64,000 nucleotides of DNA from Eledone cirrhosa. Its lineage: Eukaryota. The stretch's first letter is position 1. Each line of letters starts with the position of its first letter. The position numbers and the translations under genes were made by a program. Location of the stretch: the NCBI GenBank assembly GCA_964016885.1, contig OZ024740.1, positions 224,688,001 through 224,752,000 of the forward strand, written 5' to 3'. Of the stretch, positions 13,013 to 26,013 are shown piece by piece. The notes under the pieces were generated by a model. That model was not told the origin of the DNA, searched no databases, and was given only the letters and a program-made list of their open reading frames with translations.

Positions 13013-13077
13013 TTACAACACCATCGGTTCCGTTTTAAAGACCAAATAATATTTTCTACACAACCATAAATGACGAT

Positions 13078-13225
13078 TAATTGGCAGATTCTTCAGAATC
13101 TTGGATAGACGGATTTGCGGTATTCATTTTGGCTCTCTGAGTTCCAATCCCACCTTGGTCAACTTTGCCTTCCATCCATTCAAGGGCGATAGAAAAAGTA
13201 CCAGTCAAATACTGGGGGTTGATCC
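13078..13225 (+). mobile_element. SINE S1, partial
   Basis: ctgagttccaatccc..ggtcaactttgccttccatcc..gata..aagtaccagt. Confidence 0.65.
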
Positions 13226-13541
13226 TTCCTCTATATATCTTTCTCAATTCCATTCGCCTACTCTCTATCCTTCTCTGGAAGAAATTAGCTGTGTTCAGAC
13301 CTGGGGAGGGAATGAGTTCCATTGGGTTTCGAAAATGCGCTAGAAATGCTGTATGTTAATATGCTGGCCCTACGACTCCCTCAGGCGTTACACGATTATA
13401 TATACATACACCAACATACATTTTGCTTCCATCAATATATACTGTGGGCTTTATATTACATTGTGAGCTTTCGACAGAACACCGTGCAAATGCAAAAAAA
13501 AAAATCAATATATTTTCGTTATTACAAGGAAGTTTATGATA

Positions 13542-13727
13542 TTTAGTAATCGAAATCATAACTTTCATATGGAGATATTTTGAAAGATGTGCATCAAAGC
13601 ACGCGTCTTTGAAACTAGTGCATGCCAACTCAATTTGGGTAGTTGACGCATGCTGGTTTGAACGACGCATGCGTAAACGCACGTTTCAAAAGTGTCTTCT
13701 GCCAAAGTTGCAATTTCGATTACTAAA
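13542..13727. repeat. Imperfect ~185-bp palindrome (MITE-like fold-back)
   Basis: tttagtaatcgaaat at the left end is the reverse complement of atttcgattactaaa at the right end. Complementarity continues inward to a ~10-nt loop. Confidence 0.75.
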
Positions 13728-13879
13728 AATGTATCATGTATAGAAAGAAGGAAAATTTATAACGAACGAGTTATGTTGTCTCTAAAACAGGTAACGTCGC
13801 TATTATAACTATTTTGTGTCTGAAATTTAAATCTTTTTTCATAGACAACATGGAACAAGATTCTTTTTGTCAACATTTA

Positions 13880-14070
13880 TGGCAGTGGATTGGCAGTATC
13901 AGTAAAGGATCGGACGCCATGCTTTCCAGCATAGTTACGTCCCTTTACGATCTGAGTTCAAATCCCGCCGAGGTTGACTTTGCCTTTCATCCTTACGGGG
14001 TCGATAAAATAAAGTACCAGTAATGCACTGGGTAATTGCTGGCCTTGCGCTTAAAGTAGAAACAATTATT
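13880..14070 (+). mobile_element. SINE S1 inserted in Merlin remnant
   Basis: ggcagtggattggcagtatc..ctgagttcaaatcccgccgagg..ctttcatccttacggggtcgataaaataaagtaccag..agtagaaacaattat. Confidence 0.85.
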
Positions 14071-14414
14071 TAAGCCATTTATGGGACAATAAAAGAATGT
14101 TGAAATGTTTGAAAACTTCTCTAAATTGAGCAGTACACGGGAAGTCACTTTTTGCAAAGTAACAGACCGGAAGTTTTCAAATGAGGAATCAATTGGCGGG
14201 AAAACTTAGAGGTGGAAATTAATAAAACATTAATTGTTTATCGGAAATATGAGAAAGGTCGGATTTTAAACCAGACGTGGTTGCTTGGAAGGATAGAACG
14301 ACTTAAGAAACATTGCTTTGTTGTGAATTTAAATGGTAAGAAGCATGAAAACACCATACTGGTTCCTTTCATTTAGAAATAGATTAGTTCTGGCAAAGCT
14401 AACCTCGTCGGAAT

Positions 14415-14563
14415 TTCTGCGTTCAAATACCGCCGTGGTTAGCTTTACCAGCCATCCTTACGGGATTGATAAAATATAGCGCCAGTCACGCACTGAAGTT
14501 GATTTAATCGACTTTCCCCTTCCCCAAAATTGCTGGACTTGTGCTTCAATCAGAAACTATTAT
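14415..14563 (+). mobile_element. SINE S1, 5'-truncated, inserted in Merlin remnant
   Basis: gttcaaataccgccg..catccttacgggattgataaaa..ccccaaaattgctggacttgtg. Confidence 0.75.
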
Positions 14564-15179
14564 TTAAAGCGATTCTTGGGATGCCACAATAATCTAAACA
14601 GTTTAAGAATTTCGTTATTAAATATTCTAGAAATGTCGATGATCAAAAGAATAAATATATATATATATACACAAAATAATGAAGGATTGAGGAGAATTGT
14701 TTAAAAAATGCGTACAGAGGTCGAGGGATTCAGTCAAAATATCTACACCAGTATCTGTATAGATATTTAAATATTTCTTCAAAATAAGTTACAAATATCT
14801 GGTACACTGATTCTTTATTCTGGCCGCCCATTTATATTACCATTTTTCAGATCCCCATTAACGTATTAACATGTACGGAGATTACATTCTGGAGCAGAGA
14901 CGAGCATAGCCCTAGTACTGTATAAAGTAAGTTCGGTCTTTCTTCTGCCAACCATGACTCACATTTTTAATCATATCAGTATCAGTGTCAGTTGAAATAT
15001 TTTAATTATTTTTAAGATATTGTTTGTTTGTTTTTTTTTTAACTTTAAGGATAATTCGTTGGTGTTTCGTTAAAATAGGTCGTTCCTCAACTCCACCTTA
15101 CACATTTTTCATGTGGTAAGGTTAATTAGAAAACGAATAATTTCCAACAGTTTTGAAAATCAAATTCATTGAAACAAAT

Positions 15180-16212
15180 ATTTTATTCACAGTTGAATGA
15201 TTAACATTAAATATGTTTTAAATATATACATGAATAACATTACAAATGCGTAGATAACATTATAAATTGCCCGCAATTAATTCAGAAGGACATAACAGAT
15301 ATAATTGTTTCTACTTTTGGCACAAGGCCAGCAATTATCCCAGTGTATTACTGGTACTTTATTTTATCGACCCCGTTAGGATGAAAGGCAAAGTTACCCT
15401 CGGCGGGATTTGAACTCAGAATGGCAAGGGCCGTAACACTATGTGGCAAAGCATGGCGTCCGACCCTCTACCGATACTGCCAATCCAACACCATTTGCCA
15501 GTCGTTGATAAACACAAATATAAACGCATAGAGGAGAGTAAAAAGGAAGGGAGTGGCAAAAACGACCATCAATTTAGTGCCAAGTGCGACAATCGTCCGC
15601 ACATCGCATCATAATAGTTATCTAAACACTTGAGGCAAGCCAATACGCTCGCAGTATTGCCACAGATGTTGGTGAGGCTAATGCACTGAAACAATCAGGT
15701 ATCCTCACGGGTATCCCATGACACCTCAGTAAGGTGAGCTGCCAGCGATGACAAGAAATTCGCTGTCAGCGGCCCAACTCCACCAATCGTCTCTAACGCC
15801 ACAGTCTGGAGAAAAAAAAATTACTGGATAAATCCATTTATTTACGAATGTTCTTCCATTTGGCAATGGAAGCAATGACCTCCACATTTACTCTGGCGTT
15901 CATGATGTGGGAAGGAGCAAAAGAGTCGCTTGACTGTGGCGTCCCAGATGAGACACCTACTTCTTGACCAAGGCCGTCTGGAATCTTCCCATCACTTCTG
16001 GATAATCCAACCGACTCCAGAACTGAGGGGGTATTTACGTGAGCCAGGGCCTGTTTGCTGATTAGGTTTAGCTTGGTGTGGCGGGCGGAACTACCAGCAT
16101 TCAGGCGGCAGAACAAACCATGTAGGCCTGTGGAGTCGAAGGACCTACAGTGACATCTCAGACCCACACGGACGTCAGTTCCCAATCGAAGTTCAATGGA
16201 GTTGCGCAAAAC
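15180..16212 (-). mobile_element. 3' fragment of a CRE-like RLE element (copy 2), with SINE S1 in its 3' UTR
   Basis: ORF 15838-16209 (LRLG..CHC..DSTGLHGLFC..ARHTKLN..GLSRSDGKIPDGL). Colinear with 12280-13012. Confidence 0.75.
15302..15490 (-). mobile_element. SINE S1
   Basis: Reverse complement of 13880-14070. It splits the atataat|gttgataaa site that is intact in CRE copy 1. Confidence 0.85.
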
Positions 16213-17055
16213 CTAGGAAAAATACGCCTCCAGCATGAGATAGTTTTAATTGTAAAGAAAGCTCTTAGTTTCCCTCTCCCCACACAAGCATTAACAGACG
16301 AATAATGTCGACGTTTTTGAAGATCAAATTTGTTGAAAATACGAAGTCAACTATAAAAATAATTTTCCGTGGGATGAGAGACTGGTCTAAATTGCGAAAC
16401 TCTGCGCGTCCTCCATCCCAATTCTACTCCGCTTTGTAAAAAAAAAAAAAGAAAAGTCGTTTCTGCGACTTTGGAGGTCACATTCATAGCAAAAACACCA
16501 AAATAATGAGTCGTTTCCGATAGGTTTGAAGGTTGGATTCGTTGAAAAGAGCCGGAAAATTATGTAGGGAAAACAAGTTTCCTCTGAACGCGAGACCAAA
16601 TTTTAATTCTAATTTCTTAAAATTTTAATCATTCCATAACGTATTTATCTATTTATAAAGAACAGCCAAAACCTTTTTCAAAGTTGTATAAATAACCTTA
16701 CAAATTATTTATAATTCTTACAGGATTCTAGCGAAAGAAATGCTCCTGCGGTTCCTCTCACTGACTTGGCCAATAAAAATCGAACTTCGTCCGCACTTAA
16801 AGAATTCAGATGCTAGGTTTAACGGCGCCAAGGAAGGAGAAGATAGCGAGAGGCCATAGGTCAATATAAATAGGCTGTCCTGAAATCAGGGGACAGAGAG
16901 AATTTTCTATCACCAAAAGAAAACGTCACCTTCTGTCACTGAGCTTTGACAACTACATTGCTGCTACTACTAACGAATGACTTCTTGCCACTCTCTATTT
17001 CAACATAACGAAGTAACAGTAAACACATCCTCAACCTTTATGGTTTGTAGTATGT

Positions 17056-17521
17056 TACGTCGGGGTCACCAATTTAGGAAATTAGTATCTGTGTATATAA
17101 ATATTATCAAGAATGACAATAAATGCAGGTGAGAGTTGTGACATGGTTTTACTTCACAGAAGTCAAATAAATTGTCATGAAAAATTGTTACCACATGTTG
17201 ATGTTCAGGTGGTCACAACTCCCAGACTGGAGTGTGTGGAGGAGAACAGAAAATCTTCTTTTGGTAAGGTTCAAGTGTTTCTTTAGGCTGCCAAGGAAAT
17301 GAACCAGGAGTCATCTCTTGACAAGGCCTCATGTGTTCTTGTCCCTTCGAAGTTCATGAGTAGAGTGTGTCTTACGCCTTGATTGTCCTCGACTATATAG
17401 TCCCCCAGAGTGACGCAACTCCGTTTAGTACATAAATCTGCCGCTGGGAGTCGCGCCGTCGCAAAGGGACGTAACTCCTACACGTGTTGAGTCACAGCCG
17501 TAAGGGACCGCTATATTCACT
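17056..17521 (-). mobile_element. Probable LTR remnant with Gypsy-type primer-binding site
   Basis: Minus strand reads tggtgaccccgacg (17056-17070) immediately downstream of a ~450-bp GC-richer block that contains a tatatag box. No internal ORF is recognisable. Confidence 0.4.
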
Positions 17522-17615
17522 GAAGTGAAGTAAATTTTATATTTAAACGAAACTATTTATTTTGTCGTGTTATTTCATCTCTAACAACGCTTGCTCACTT
17601 CGCTTCAAACTTATA

Positions 17616-18005
17616 TAATTGTCTCTACTTTTGGCACAAGGCCAGCAATTATTCCAGTGTATTGCTGGTACTTTATTTTATCGACCCCGTAAGGATGAAA
17701 GGCAAAGTTAACCTTGGTGGCATTTGAACTCAGACCACAAAGGGCTGTAACTCTTTGCTTAAAGCATGGCGTCCGACCCTCTACCGATACTGTAATAAAT
17801 ACAATTAATTATTGCTAGGAAAATCACATATATAATTGTTTCTACTTTTGGCACAAGGCCAGCAATTATTCCAGTGCATTACTGGTACTTTATTTTATCG
17901 ACCCCGTAAGGATGAAAGGCGGGATTTGAACTCAGATCATAAAGGGCTCTAACTCTCTTCTGCAAAAGCATGTAATCCGACGCCCTACCGAGACTTCCAA
18001 TCCGC
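17616..18005 (-). mobile_element. Two tandem SINE S1 copies (17616-17792 and 17833-18005)
   Basis: Both begin on + with ataattgt.tctacttttggcacaaggccagcaattat. Confidence 0.85.
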
Positions 18006-18834
18006 TAACTCACATCTATATCAATGCGAGAGAAAAAAAGAAACAAAATCAACAATTAATTCACCACCAAGTGCGACCATTCTCTTCTCCTGCTCAAATT
18101 TACTAATAACATATCTTTTTTGCATCCATTTAACTCGAATTAAATTATAAACTAATTTTTAATATCTGTTTTCCTCCTATATCTTCTATTAATAAACATA
18201 TTAAAGTAAAGTAATATTGAATTATAATATTTAAACCTATTTACCATACTACTAAATAGGTTTACCTCTTAGTATCGTTTAGAATACATTTAACTACTTA
18301 CAAAATTAAATACATTATCTTTTCCTCTTTTTCGTTGTCTAAATTCTATTTCAAGAAATGAAATGTTTTTATGTCATAGCTTCTAGTTTACGAAATTTCG
18401 TTAAAGTTACCAACACATCGTATCATTTCTCACCACATTTACCATAGTTCCTTCCTCTCACTCCTACATCATGCTACTTAGTTTTTATGACTTTGATCTC
18501 TTCTATCTATTCCTTCTTTTATCTTTCTTCTTAACCATTTCCCAGTTTTCTGTGTCTTTTTCCATCTCTTCATTCTTTCCTTTTGATCTCATTTGTTTTC
18601 AATATTATCTATTGGAACTCGAAAACGTCCTTATATATTAATCAGAATCCTTTATTCATTCCTTTAATCCCACCACGAAACTTTCTACGGTAAAGTTATA
18701 CATTCTATATATTCCTTAATGTATATTTTAACATACAAGAAGAATTTAATATCTATACATACTACGCGTTTTAACAAAACTATTCAAGAAAAATGATACT
18801 TACTTGAGCCCTTTTTTAACAGTGGCCCACTAAT

Positions 18835-19060
18835 AATTTTCATCTTCGTTATCTTCGCCTTACATACAGACATGGATTGTCATTGTTTGAAACTGGCTAG
18901 ATGAGAGAACCTTGTCTCGTATGGTCTATTTTGAGGATGGCTATTCTGGCTTGATGCTTATCCTAATGCCACCCACTTTACGGGCTGGACTAGGTGCATT
19001 TCCACCAATAATGAAGCTATCATGGCTTTGACAGGGCTAAGAGATCTTCTCAACTCTACA
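18835..19060 (-). mobile_element. Degenerate RTE-type 3' tail fragment
   Basis: gatgcttatcctaatgccacccactttac resembles the reverse complement of the RTE 3' UTR at 48890-48930. Confidence 0.5.
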
Positions 19061-19072
19061 TTGTCTTAGTTG

Positions 19073-19590
19073 TACTCTGCGTTTCAAATTATTAATGACG
19101 TAAACGCTTTTTATTTTATTTAAAATGTACTCAACAAAATTTCCACTAAATGATGGCAACAATTATATGTGCGCGCTGTGTAAAAAACGAAGTTTTGTGC
19201 AAGTGTAAACAATCCGCAGCCATTTGCATGATTTCTGCTAACGTTCAGTGTTCCAAGTTATTAACGAATTGTCTGATAATCGTCTCATTATGGGTCGTTC
19301 ATGTGACTTAACTGCCCCAGAGAAATCTGTTATTCTGAATTTGCAAAAGGTAAATCAACGTTAGAAATATCTAAAATAATTTGGAGATATCACCAAACTT
19401 GAAAAGATTTGTTACAGCTTCTACGAAGATATGTAAGAGAGCCGACAAGGGTCAGTCGAGGGCTGTTTCTCAACGTTCTCTGTCACGAATTAAGCGTGAA
19501 GCTGTTAATAACCCAAGTCTTACAAGTGTAGACATTTTCAAACGCATTGGTGAAACAACTGCGTCCAGAACCACCTGATGTTGTCTTCAG
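19073..19590 (+). mobile_element. 5' fragment of a Tc1/mariner transposon (left end + HTH region of transposase)
   Basis: ATG at about 19290 gives MGRSCDLTAPEKSVI..GKSTLEISKI..KRFV..LSRIKREAVNNPSLTS..SRTT. The left end is TA-flanked (ctctgcgtttcaaattatt). Confidence 0.7.
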
Positions 19591-20056
19591 ATGTTTAATT
19601 CTGGTGTAAAAATATTTACGTAGATCGATGTTAATATTCTGAATTCAGTGTGTTTTGTATTTTTTAGCCCTCTTGTGATAAATAATTAACCTCAATTTCA
19701 AGCTAATATGAATGTATTTCACTCTAATAGTATGTATCCTAAGTCTTATTAATACTCGTTTATCTACTTCTGTATAGCACAGTTGATTTCCCTTGTGGTA
19801 TCTAAACCTTATAAGGAAACAGGGCTAATTAGCCTCAAAATGAACTTTTCATGCAACTCAATCAATCTGCTGCTTGTGGTTGCTGGTACAACCAGTATCA
19901 CTTGTGGACAAAGCAGCTGTAAGGTTATGGTTGTAAGCAGATCCCCTCTAAGACAGATCCCTGGAAATAATAGTGAATAGAAATATGATCCAGGCTTGTA
20001 AATTTGGTATTTATTTACATATAATTGTGTTGTGTGGTATTTCTTCAAATATTTAA

Positions 20057-20395
20057 TATTGTTATACAGACTTTAGGCGTACCTATATCATTAAAGTCTA
20101 ACTTAGCTTGTTATATATATATATTGAGTTTTTGTCTGCCAATAATTGGTGGGAATGTGATGTACTTCATAAGTATGCGCTTCGATTTATGTATGTGTGT
20201 GTGTAAGTATATATATATATATATATATATGTTATACAGACTTTATATATATTGTTATACAGACTTTAGGCGTACCTATATCATTAAAGTCTAACTTAGC
20301 TTGTTATATATATATATTGAGTTTTTGTCTGCCATTAATTGGTGGGAATGTGATGTACTTCATAAGTATGCGCTTCGATTTATGTATGTATGTAT
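20057..20395. repeat. Near-perfect direct duplication of a ~140-bp unit (20057-20200 and 20251-20395) within TA/TG repeats
   Basis: Both units start gttatacagactttaggcgtacctatatcattaaagtctaac. Confidence 0.9.
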
Positions 20396-20404
20396 GTGTG
20401 TGTG

Positions 20405-21835
20405 TGTCCATCAGGGATAGTCACAGAAATGCTGAAAATATATGGCAAAGACAAATATGTGTCAATCACTTTCATAGACAATCAGGTAATAAAAAAATGA
20501 TATCATACCAAATGAATGACAGAGCACTATCAGAAGCTGCTAAAATTACAAAGGAGATGGTCTGGTATGAAATAACTACAGAGACATCAAAGTGATAGAC
20601 CAGGTTTTGAAGTAACAAAGTATATTTTGCCCAACTAATTAGGAAGAAAATTATTTTAGACTAAATGCAGTTCTCATTTGTGTCAGAATTTTTCTGATGA
20701 CATCTTCCAAGAGAGAATCATACAAGAATTCTTAGCTAAGAGCAAGTCACTATATGTAACATTCTTCAGCATTGAGACAGCTTTACTAAATAGAAAATTA
20801 TGCATTAAGGAATGGTTGGTGGAGGCCACAGTAACAACAAAGCAATATTAGCAATTAGCTCATGCAAACACTCATCAATTAGGGCTCAGCTTTCAGTCAC
20901 TTACAATTTATTATGATTCGCCCCACCATAACAATTGTGGCTAAGACTCATTATCCATTGCAACTTCTGAATGCCTCACCTAATTCACAAAGCTGGAAGT
21001 GTCTAAAATTTAGAAGAAAAATTCTAACTAGAGAAGCTAAACTAAGAATCAAGAGGCATCAAAAGGAATCTAATATAAACAAAAACTAGTTAGCAGGAAA
21101 GAAAACGGCATTACTGCAATCTGGAAAGTGTTCATGTTCCATGTGTAGAAAAGGAATATGTAGAAATTTCATATGTTATACCCAGTGTATAAGAGATGTA
21201 GAGGCAGGCTGTCAGAGAAAGACGATTTCTTATACACACAAGAAGTAAGATCACCTGCAAAATAAATTCATTGAATGTTCAGAAGGGTCCCTATGAGTAG
21301 AAATTAGTATTCTCAAGATGGCATAATTAATAGTGAAGGTTGGTGTTCTAAAATATAGTAACCATAGTAAAGTCTACATCAACAATAAATAATTAAAAAA
21401 AAAACATTTAGAGAGGTATTCACTCTGCTCATAACAAATGGATTCCCTTTCTGAGTGAAGACAGCATAATGTCTGTATGTATGGCAGAAGATGTACAAGG
21501 ACTGGAAAAAATGAAGTGATCATATTCTAGGGATATATAAAACTAGTAATGTACATGAAGAATGGAGAATATTGTATATAAGAGAAACTAAATATAATTT
21601 ACAAGTATGACTGCACTAATAGAAACATGTGATGCATGTGAGGAAATAGATAAATAAAGGAGTTCTGAGTAACCCAGATGGATGAAAGCTTTGGAAGAGA
21701 AAGACCCAAAAGACATTGAAAGAAGTGGTGGTAACTGATCTCTGGGGGAAAAAAGTGAGGAAGAAGATGACAAAAGAGTGCAACAAATAGAAAGATGTCC
21801 TACAGGAAAGGCTCATCCAACCTTTGCAAACATGG
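20405..21835 (+). mobile_element. Old, heavily degenerate RTE LINE fragment (RT region to 3' end)
   Basis: Colinear similarity to 47080-48600, e.g. atagtcacagaaatgctgaaa, gcagttc..tttgtgtcag, aatagtgaaggttggtgttct. Confidence 0.65.
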
Positions 21836-21854
21836 ATATATATATATATATATC

Positions 21855-22190
21855 GTGACCTCTGACGTCACGCAGTAATACAGAAGACCTGACTTCCCAC
21901 CGGTACAAGCTGAAGCATATAGACAATACTCTCCCACCCCCTCCCACTGCAAAGTGGTTGTGGAGGTGTCACGACAATAGAACACCCAGCTACACTGGAA
22001 AGTGGTCTGAAGGTGCCACAGTAAAAAAAACACCCAGTACTCACTGTAAATGAGGTTGGTGTTAGGAAGGGCATCCAGCTTTATAAATCAAGCCAAAATC
22101 AGTTCCCGCATGTGGCACTGCCCACAGCAAGACAACCCATCTAACCCATGCTAGCATGGAAGAATGGATGTAAAACGGTGATGATGATTA
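21855..22190 (+). mobile_element. Short 5'-truncated RTE 3' end with (GAT)n tail
   Basis: gttggtgttaggaagggcatccag..aacccatgctagcatggaa..gtgatgatg, matching the 3' UTR of the 45525-49060 element. Confidence 0.8.
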
Positions 22191-22556
22191 TGATATATAT
22201 ATATATATATATAATGTTTCTTATGACTTAATTATTTTCTGTCCAATTCGCATTGTCATGGCTTTCAAACTTCAAATGCTTTATACAATATACAATGCTT
22301 CAAGTAAACTACAAATTCCTTCTCTTTATATATATATATATATATACAGAATAAGAAAATGCGAAGTAGTTGCAGATGTTAAAGTCCTTTATTGGTAAGG
22401 TGTGAAAAGCTCAATGCGCACCTGAGGTCCCTATAGTAAGTAGGGATTGAAAACGATTGAAAGAGTCTTCCAAAGATTAAAGTTCTTGCTGTTAAAGATG
22501 GTGAGGGTGGCAGAGAATGAATATTTGAATTGAAGTAAACCAATGTGTTAAAGATT

Positions 22557-22601
<45 letters not shown>

Positions 22602-23099
22602 ATATATATAAATGTGTGTATGTATAGAAAAGGAGTACTTCGTATGTTAATTTGTTAATACATTAATTACACCATTTTCATAGATTTAGGCTTCTGACTG
22701 GGGATTTTGTATTACAATTACTCCCATGAGTATGCTCCAATTAATTTGTTGAGCAAATTGTAAACAAGATTGAAATCGTTGGATATCGATCTAAACCCTT
22801 ATTATTATTATTATGTATATAAATACATGTATATAGCTATATATTTATAAATATATATGTGTATATATATATATATATATGTGTGTCTGTGTGTATAGGA
22901 ATAATCAATTGAAAAGAGCAATAAAAAAATAGAATGAAAGTTAAATACATGTATTAACAATTTCACTTATCCATGCATTACCATGGTTTCGTTAATCAAA
23001 TACATCTTATCTCTTCAGTTGTGATAAGAGTTGGATGTGTTTGTTTATATCTAAAGAAATCATTCATAATGCACAGAGATATGAAACTGTTTATACTAA

Positions 23100-23310
23100 C
23101 ACAGCATCATCATAATCATCATTATTACATGGGTTGGACAGGTCCATTTCAGCACAGCATCTCTCCAATTGCTGCATTCCTTCAACATTTCCTCTGTGAG
23201 TCTGAACAATTTGATTTCAGCTCTCACAACCTCTGCCCAGGTCGTTCTTGGTTTATCGCTGCAGCAGCTTCCACTGCGATTTTCTGGCACTTTTTCCCCC
23301 AGTGATCATC
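23100..23310 (-). mobile_element. RTE 3' end fragment
   Basis: KPRTTWAEVVRAEI..LTEEM...W ORF-end motif followed by a (GAT)n-like tail. Confidence 0.65.
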
Positions 23311-25083
23311 ATCCATGCTGTCCAAATACACACACATGTGCACGCGCACACACACACACACATCAATGGTGAAGGGTAGCTTGAAAGCAGGGCATGCAGT
23401 CCAATCGCCATGGCGGAAAGTGGGGCTGTGCAGCCTTACCCCCCCCCCCCAAATTCCCTCTAAATGACCCTCCCGGTCAAAGCCACATGTAGTGTTATTT
23501 AGTATGTGTGTGTGTATGTGTGTGTGTGTGCGTGTGCGTGTGTTATCTGTTTATGTGTCTATGATTTAGCAAGCAGCCAAAATTCTGCTTGCTTCAACCG
23601 ACGCTGTTGTGTGTTTGTGTGTATGTGTGTGTGTGTTATCATTTTATGTGTCTACGATTTAGTAAGCAGCTAAAATTCTGCTTACTTCAACCGACACAAT
23701 TGATCAACTCAAGATTCTATAACGCATGCGTTGCATGCACGCACCCTTCGCCCCTGATACATATATATATATATTATACTTCTTTCTATGAGTACTATAT
23801 TGCAAATCAATCAATGCCTAACTAATGGCTTTATATGGCAGTTCTAAGGCTATTTTACCTATACTGAACCACAGCAATAAAATGAGGCTCTACCAGAATA
23901 TTGATGGACAACATTTAACTTTTTTTTTTTTACCTCCATTTTCTCTGCTTTTTTATCTTCCTTATCACAGCTCAAATTAAAATCTGGTGGCCTTCATTGA
24001 CTATAGGAATAGTACTAAAATAAATTGATAGCCTCTGTGTGAAGCATTCTATTGCCACACATCAAACATTATGGACATTTTCCAAGCCATCAAGTTATAT
24101 GGAAATAACTTAATGTGATAAATCTGATCAATACATAGATCAGAGATTTGCTTGAAATTATCATAATACACTTTAGCTTAATAGATGTAAAATCATTGCT
24201 AACATTTACATCAATCAAGACTCACTCTGCTTATTAAATGATATATTTTATTCAATGATTTGAAGTGCAATGAAGAAATGTAATGTTATCAAAGTATTGT
24301 TTTTAATTATAATTCTTTGTTCAAGCTGGTTTTGTCCTCAAATGTTATGGCTAATATAACAAAATACATTTTTATTTAATACAAAAACTCATTTGAAAAG
24401 AAATGATTTTGTCAGTAGTGTTTACACGTATTATTTGGTACATTGTGCATGAATAGAAAGTCCATGACTGAATAGTTAGACATGTGAAGATCCTTAACTT
24501 ATTTAAACCATTTTGATACTAAGCCACCTGTGACCATACGCGATTCTATGCAGGCAAAGGTATTCATTTTAAAGTGTTTATATTTATCTAAAACATTTCA
24601 TTATAAGAAAGAGAAAATTAGATATATTATATTCCTCAATTATTTTCAAAAAGCCTTACAGTAGAATTCTGATACCCAAGTTAAGGTTGGCAACACAAGA
24701 AAGATCTAGCCTCAGAAATCTGTCACAAACTGTGCTGTCCAACTCATCCCAGAAAAGTAAAAACAAACGAGTGTAACACTGTAAAATAATGCTGCTGTTG
24801 TTTATCATGGTAGAATTTTCTTTACATTTGGGTATTGTAAATACTTAATACCATAAACATTCTCTTTCAGTCTTTTTTTTAACCCTTCACTTACTCCTCC
24901 TATTCTCACAACCACATTATACCACATCTTCTCACACATTACAGCATGTTAAGTTGTAAAAAAAAAATTAGTTTAAAAGTAGAAGCCTAAACATTTGATC
25001 ATTCTTGTACTCAACACATTTAAAGGTTGTATATTGGTATGTGTCAGTGTGTGAGCATTTATGTTAGTTTGTGTGCATTTTGT

Positions 25084-25118
<35 letters not shown>

Positions 25119-25813
25119 CATGCATATATATAAACACATATGTGAATGTGTGTGTGTGCAATTTATGTAACTAATTGAAGCTATTTGCCAAAACATTTAA
25201 TTTGAATTTCAATTTGTGGATTTGAAGTCAAATAAATGAAGTGTCCCTACTGCTGCAGGTGATTATGTTAATAGGTGCAAGTTGAAAATCCCCCAAATGT
25301 GCTCTTTCTTCTTTATTTAAAATAGTGTATAACCATTTACATAATCTATTAGTAGAAACAGATTAAATGTTTTACATAAGACTTCAATAAAACATTTATT
25401 CAGTCAACAAAGCTATGGTTTACAGTAATGTAGGTGTTTTAAATTTTACCTATATGTAATTTGTGTTGTGCACAAGTGTTTATGTATATGCAAGTCTTTA
25501 TATATGACGGATGCTATATTATCTCCATGTTAAAATAGGAACCTTTGAATCATAAAATCAATCACACAAGCCCGTGAAAAAGCTTCTACTTGGTAATGTT
25601 TTCTACTAGCAATATCAGCTAAATCTTTCTCAGGTCCCACCCCTGCCAACATTAAATAGGACATTTTAGATAAGTTGTTGGTTCTAGATAAAAAAAAAAG
25701 AAGCTTGATATAAGAGAGAATTATCATGATTCATTCACAGGTTTGCATGAGATAACTTCTATGATGGTCAATTTGCTAGAAATATCCTTCAAATCACACT
25801 CTGCCTTCTTTAA

Positions 25814-26013
25814 CCCTTTAGCATTTACATTATTCTATAGTTGCTATAGTATTTTCATGGTAAAGGATTTATCTTACATAGTTATTTCGAATTTACGAAA
25901 TGTTGATGTTATTTATCTCAGAACAATACCTTAACATCAGTATGAGCAGCCAGTTACAGCCAGTTTGTAAAGAAAGAGGTGAGAGAATTCTGGCCAGTTT
26001 AAATGCTAATGGC
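25814..26013. mobile_element. TTAA-flanked MITE (piggyBac-like ends)
   Basis: ttaa|ccctttagcattta ... taaatgctaatggc|ttaa. Confidence 0.55.

Larger units (their letters stand above)
13810..14790 (+). mobile_element. Decayed Merlin (IS1595/ISXO2-like) transposase, interrupted by two SINEs
   Basis: IGG..VEINKTLIVYRKYEKGRILNQTWLLGRIER..KHCFVV, then SDSW and TQNNEGL.R, corresponding to the Merlin DDE motifs. Contains frameshifts and stops. Confidence 0.65.

Noticed and set aside
22340-22800. Possible additional hammerhead remnants (ctgaggtccct..agggattgaaa; gaaatcg..cgatc)
   Set aside because: Cores are incomplete and stem I could not be built.
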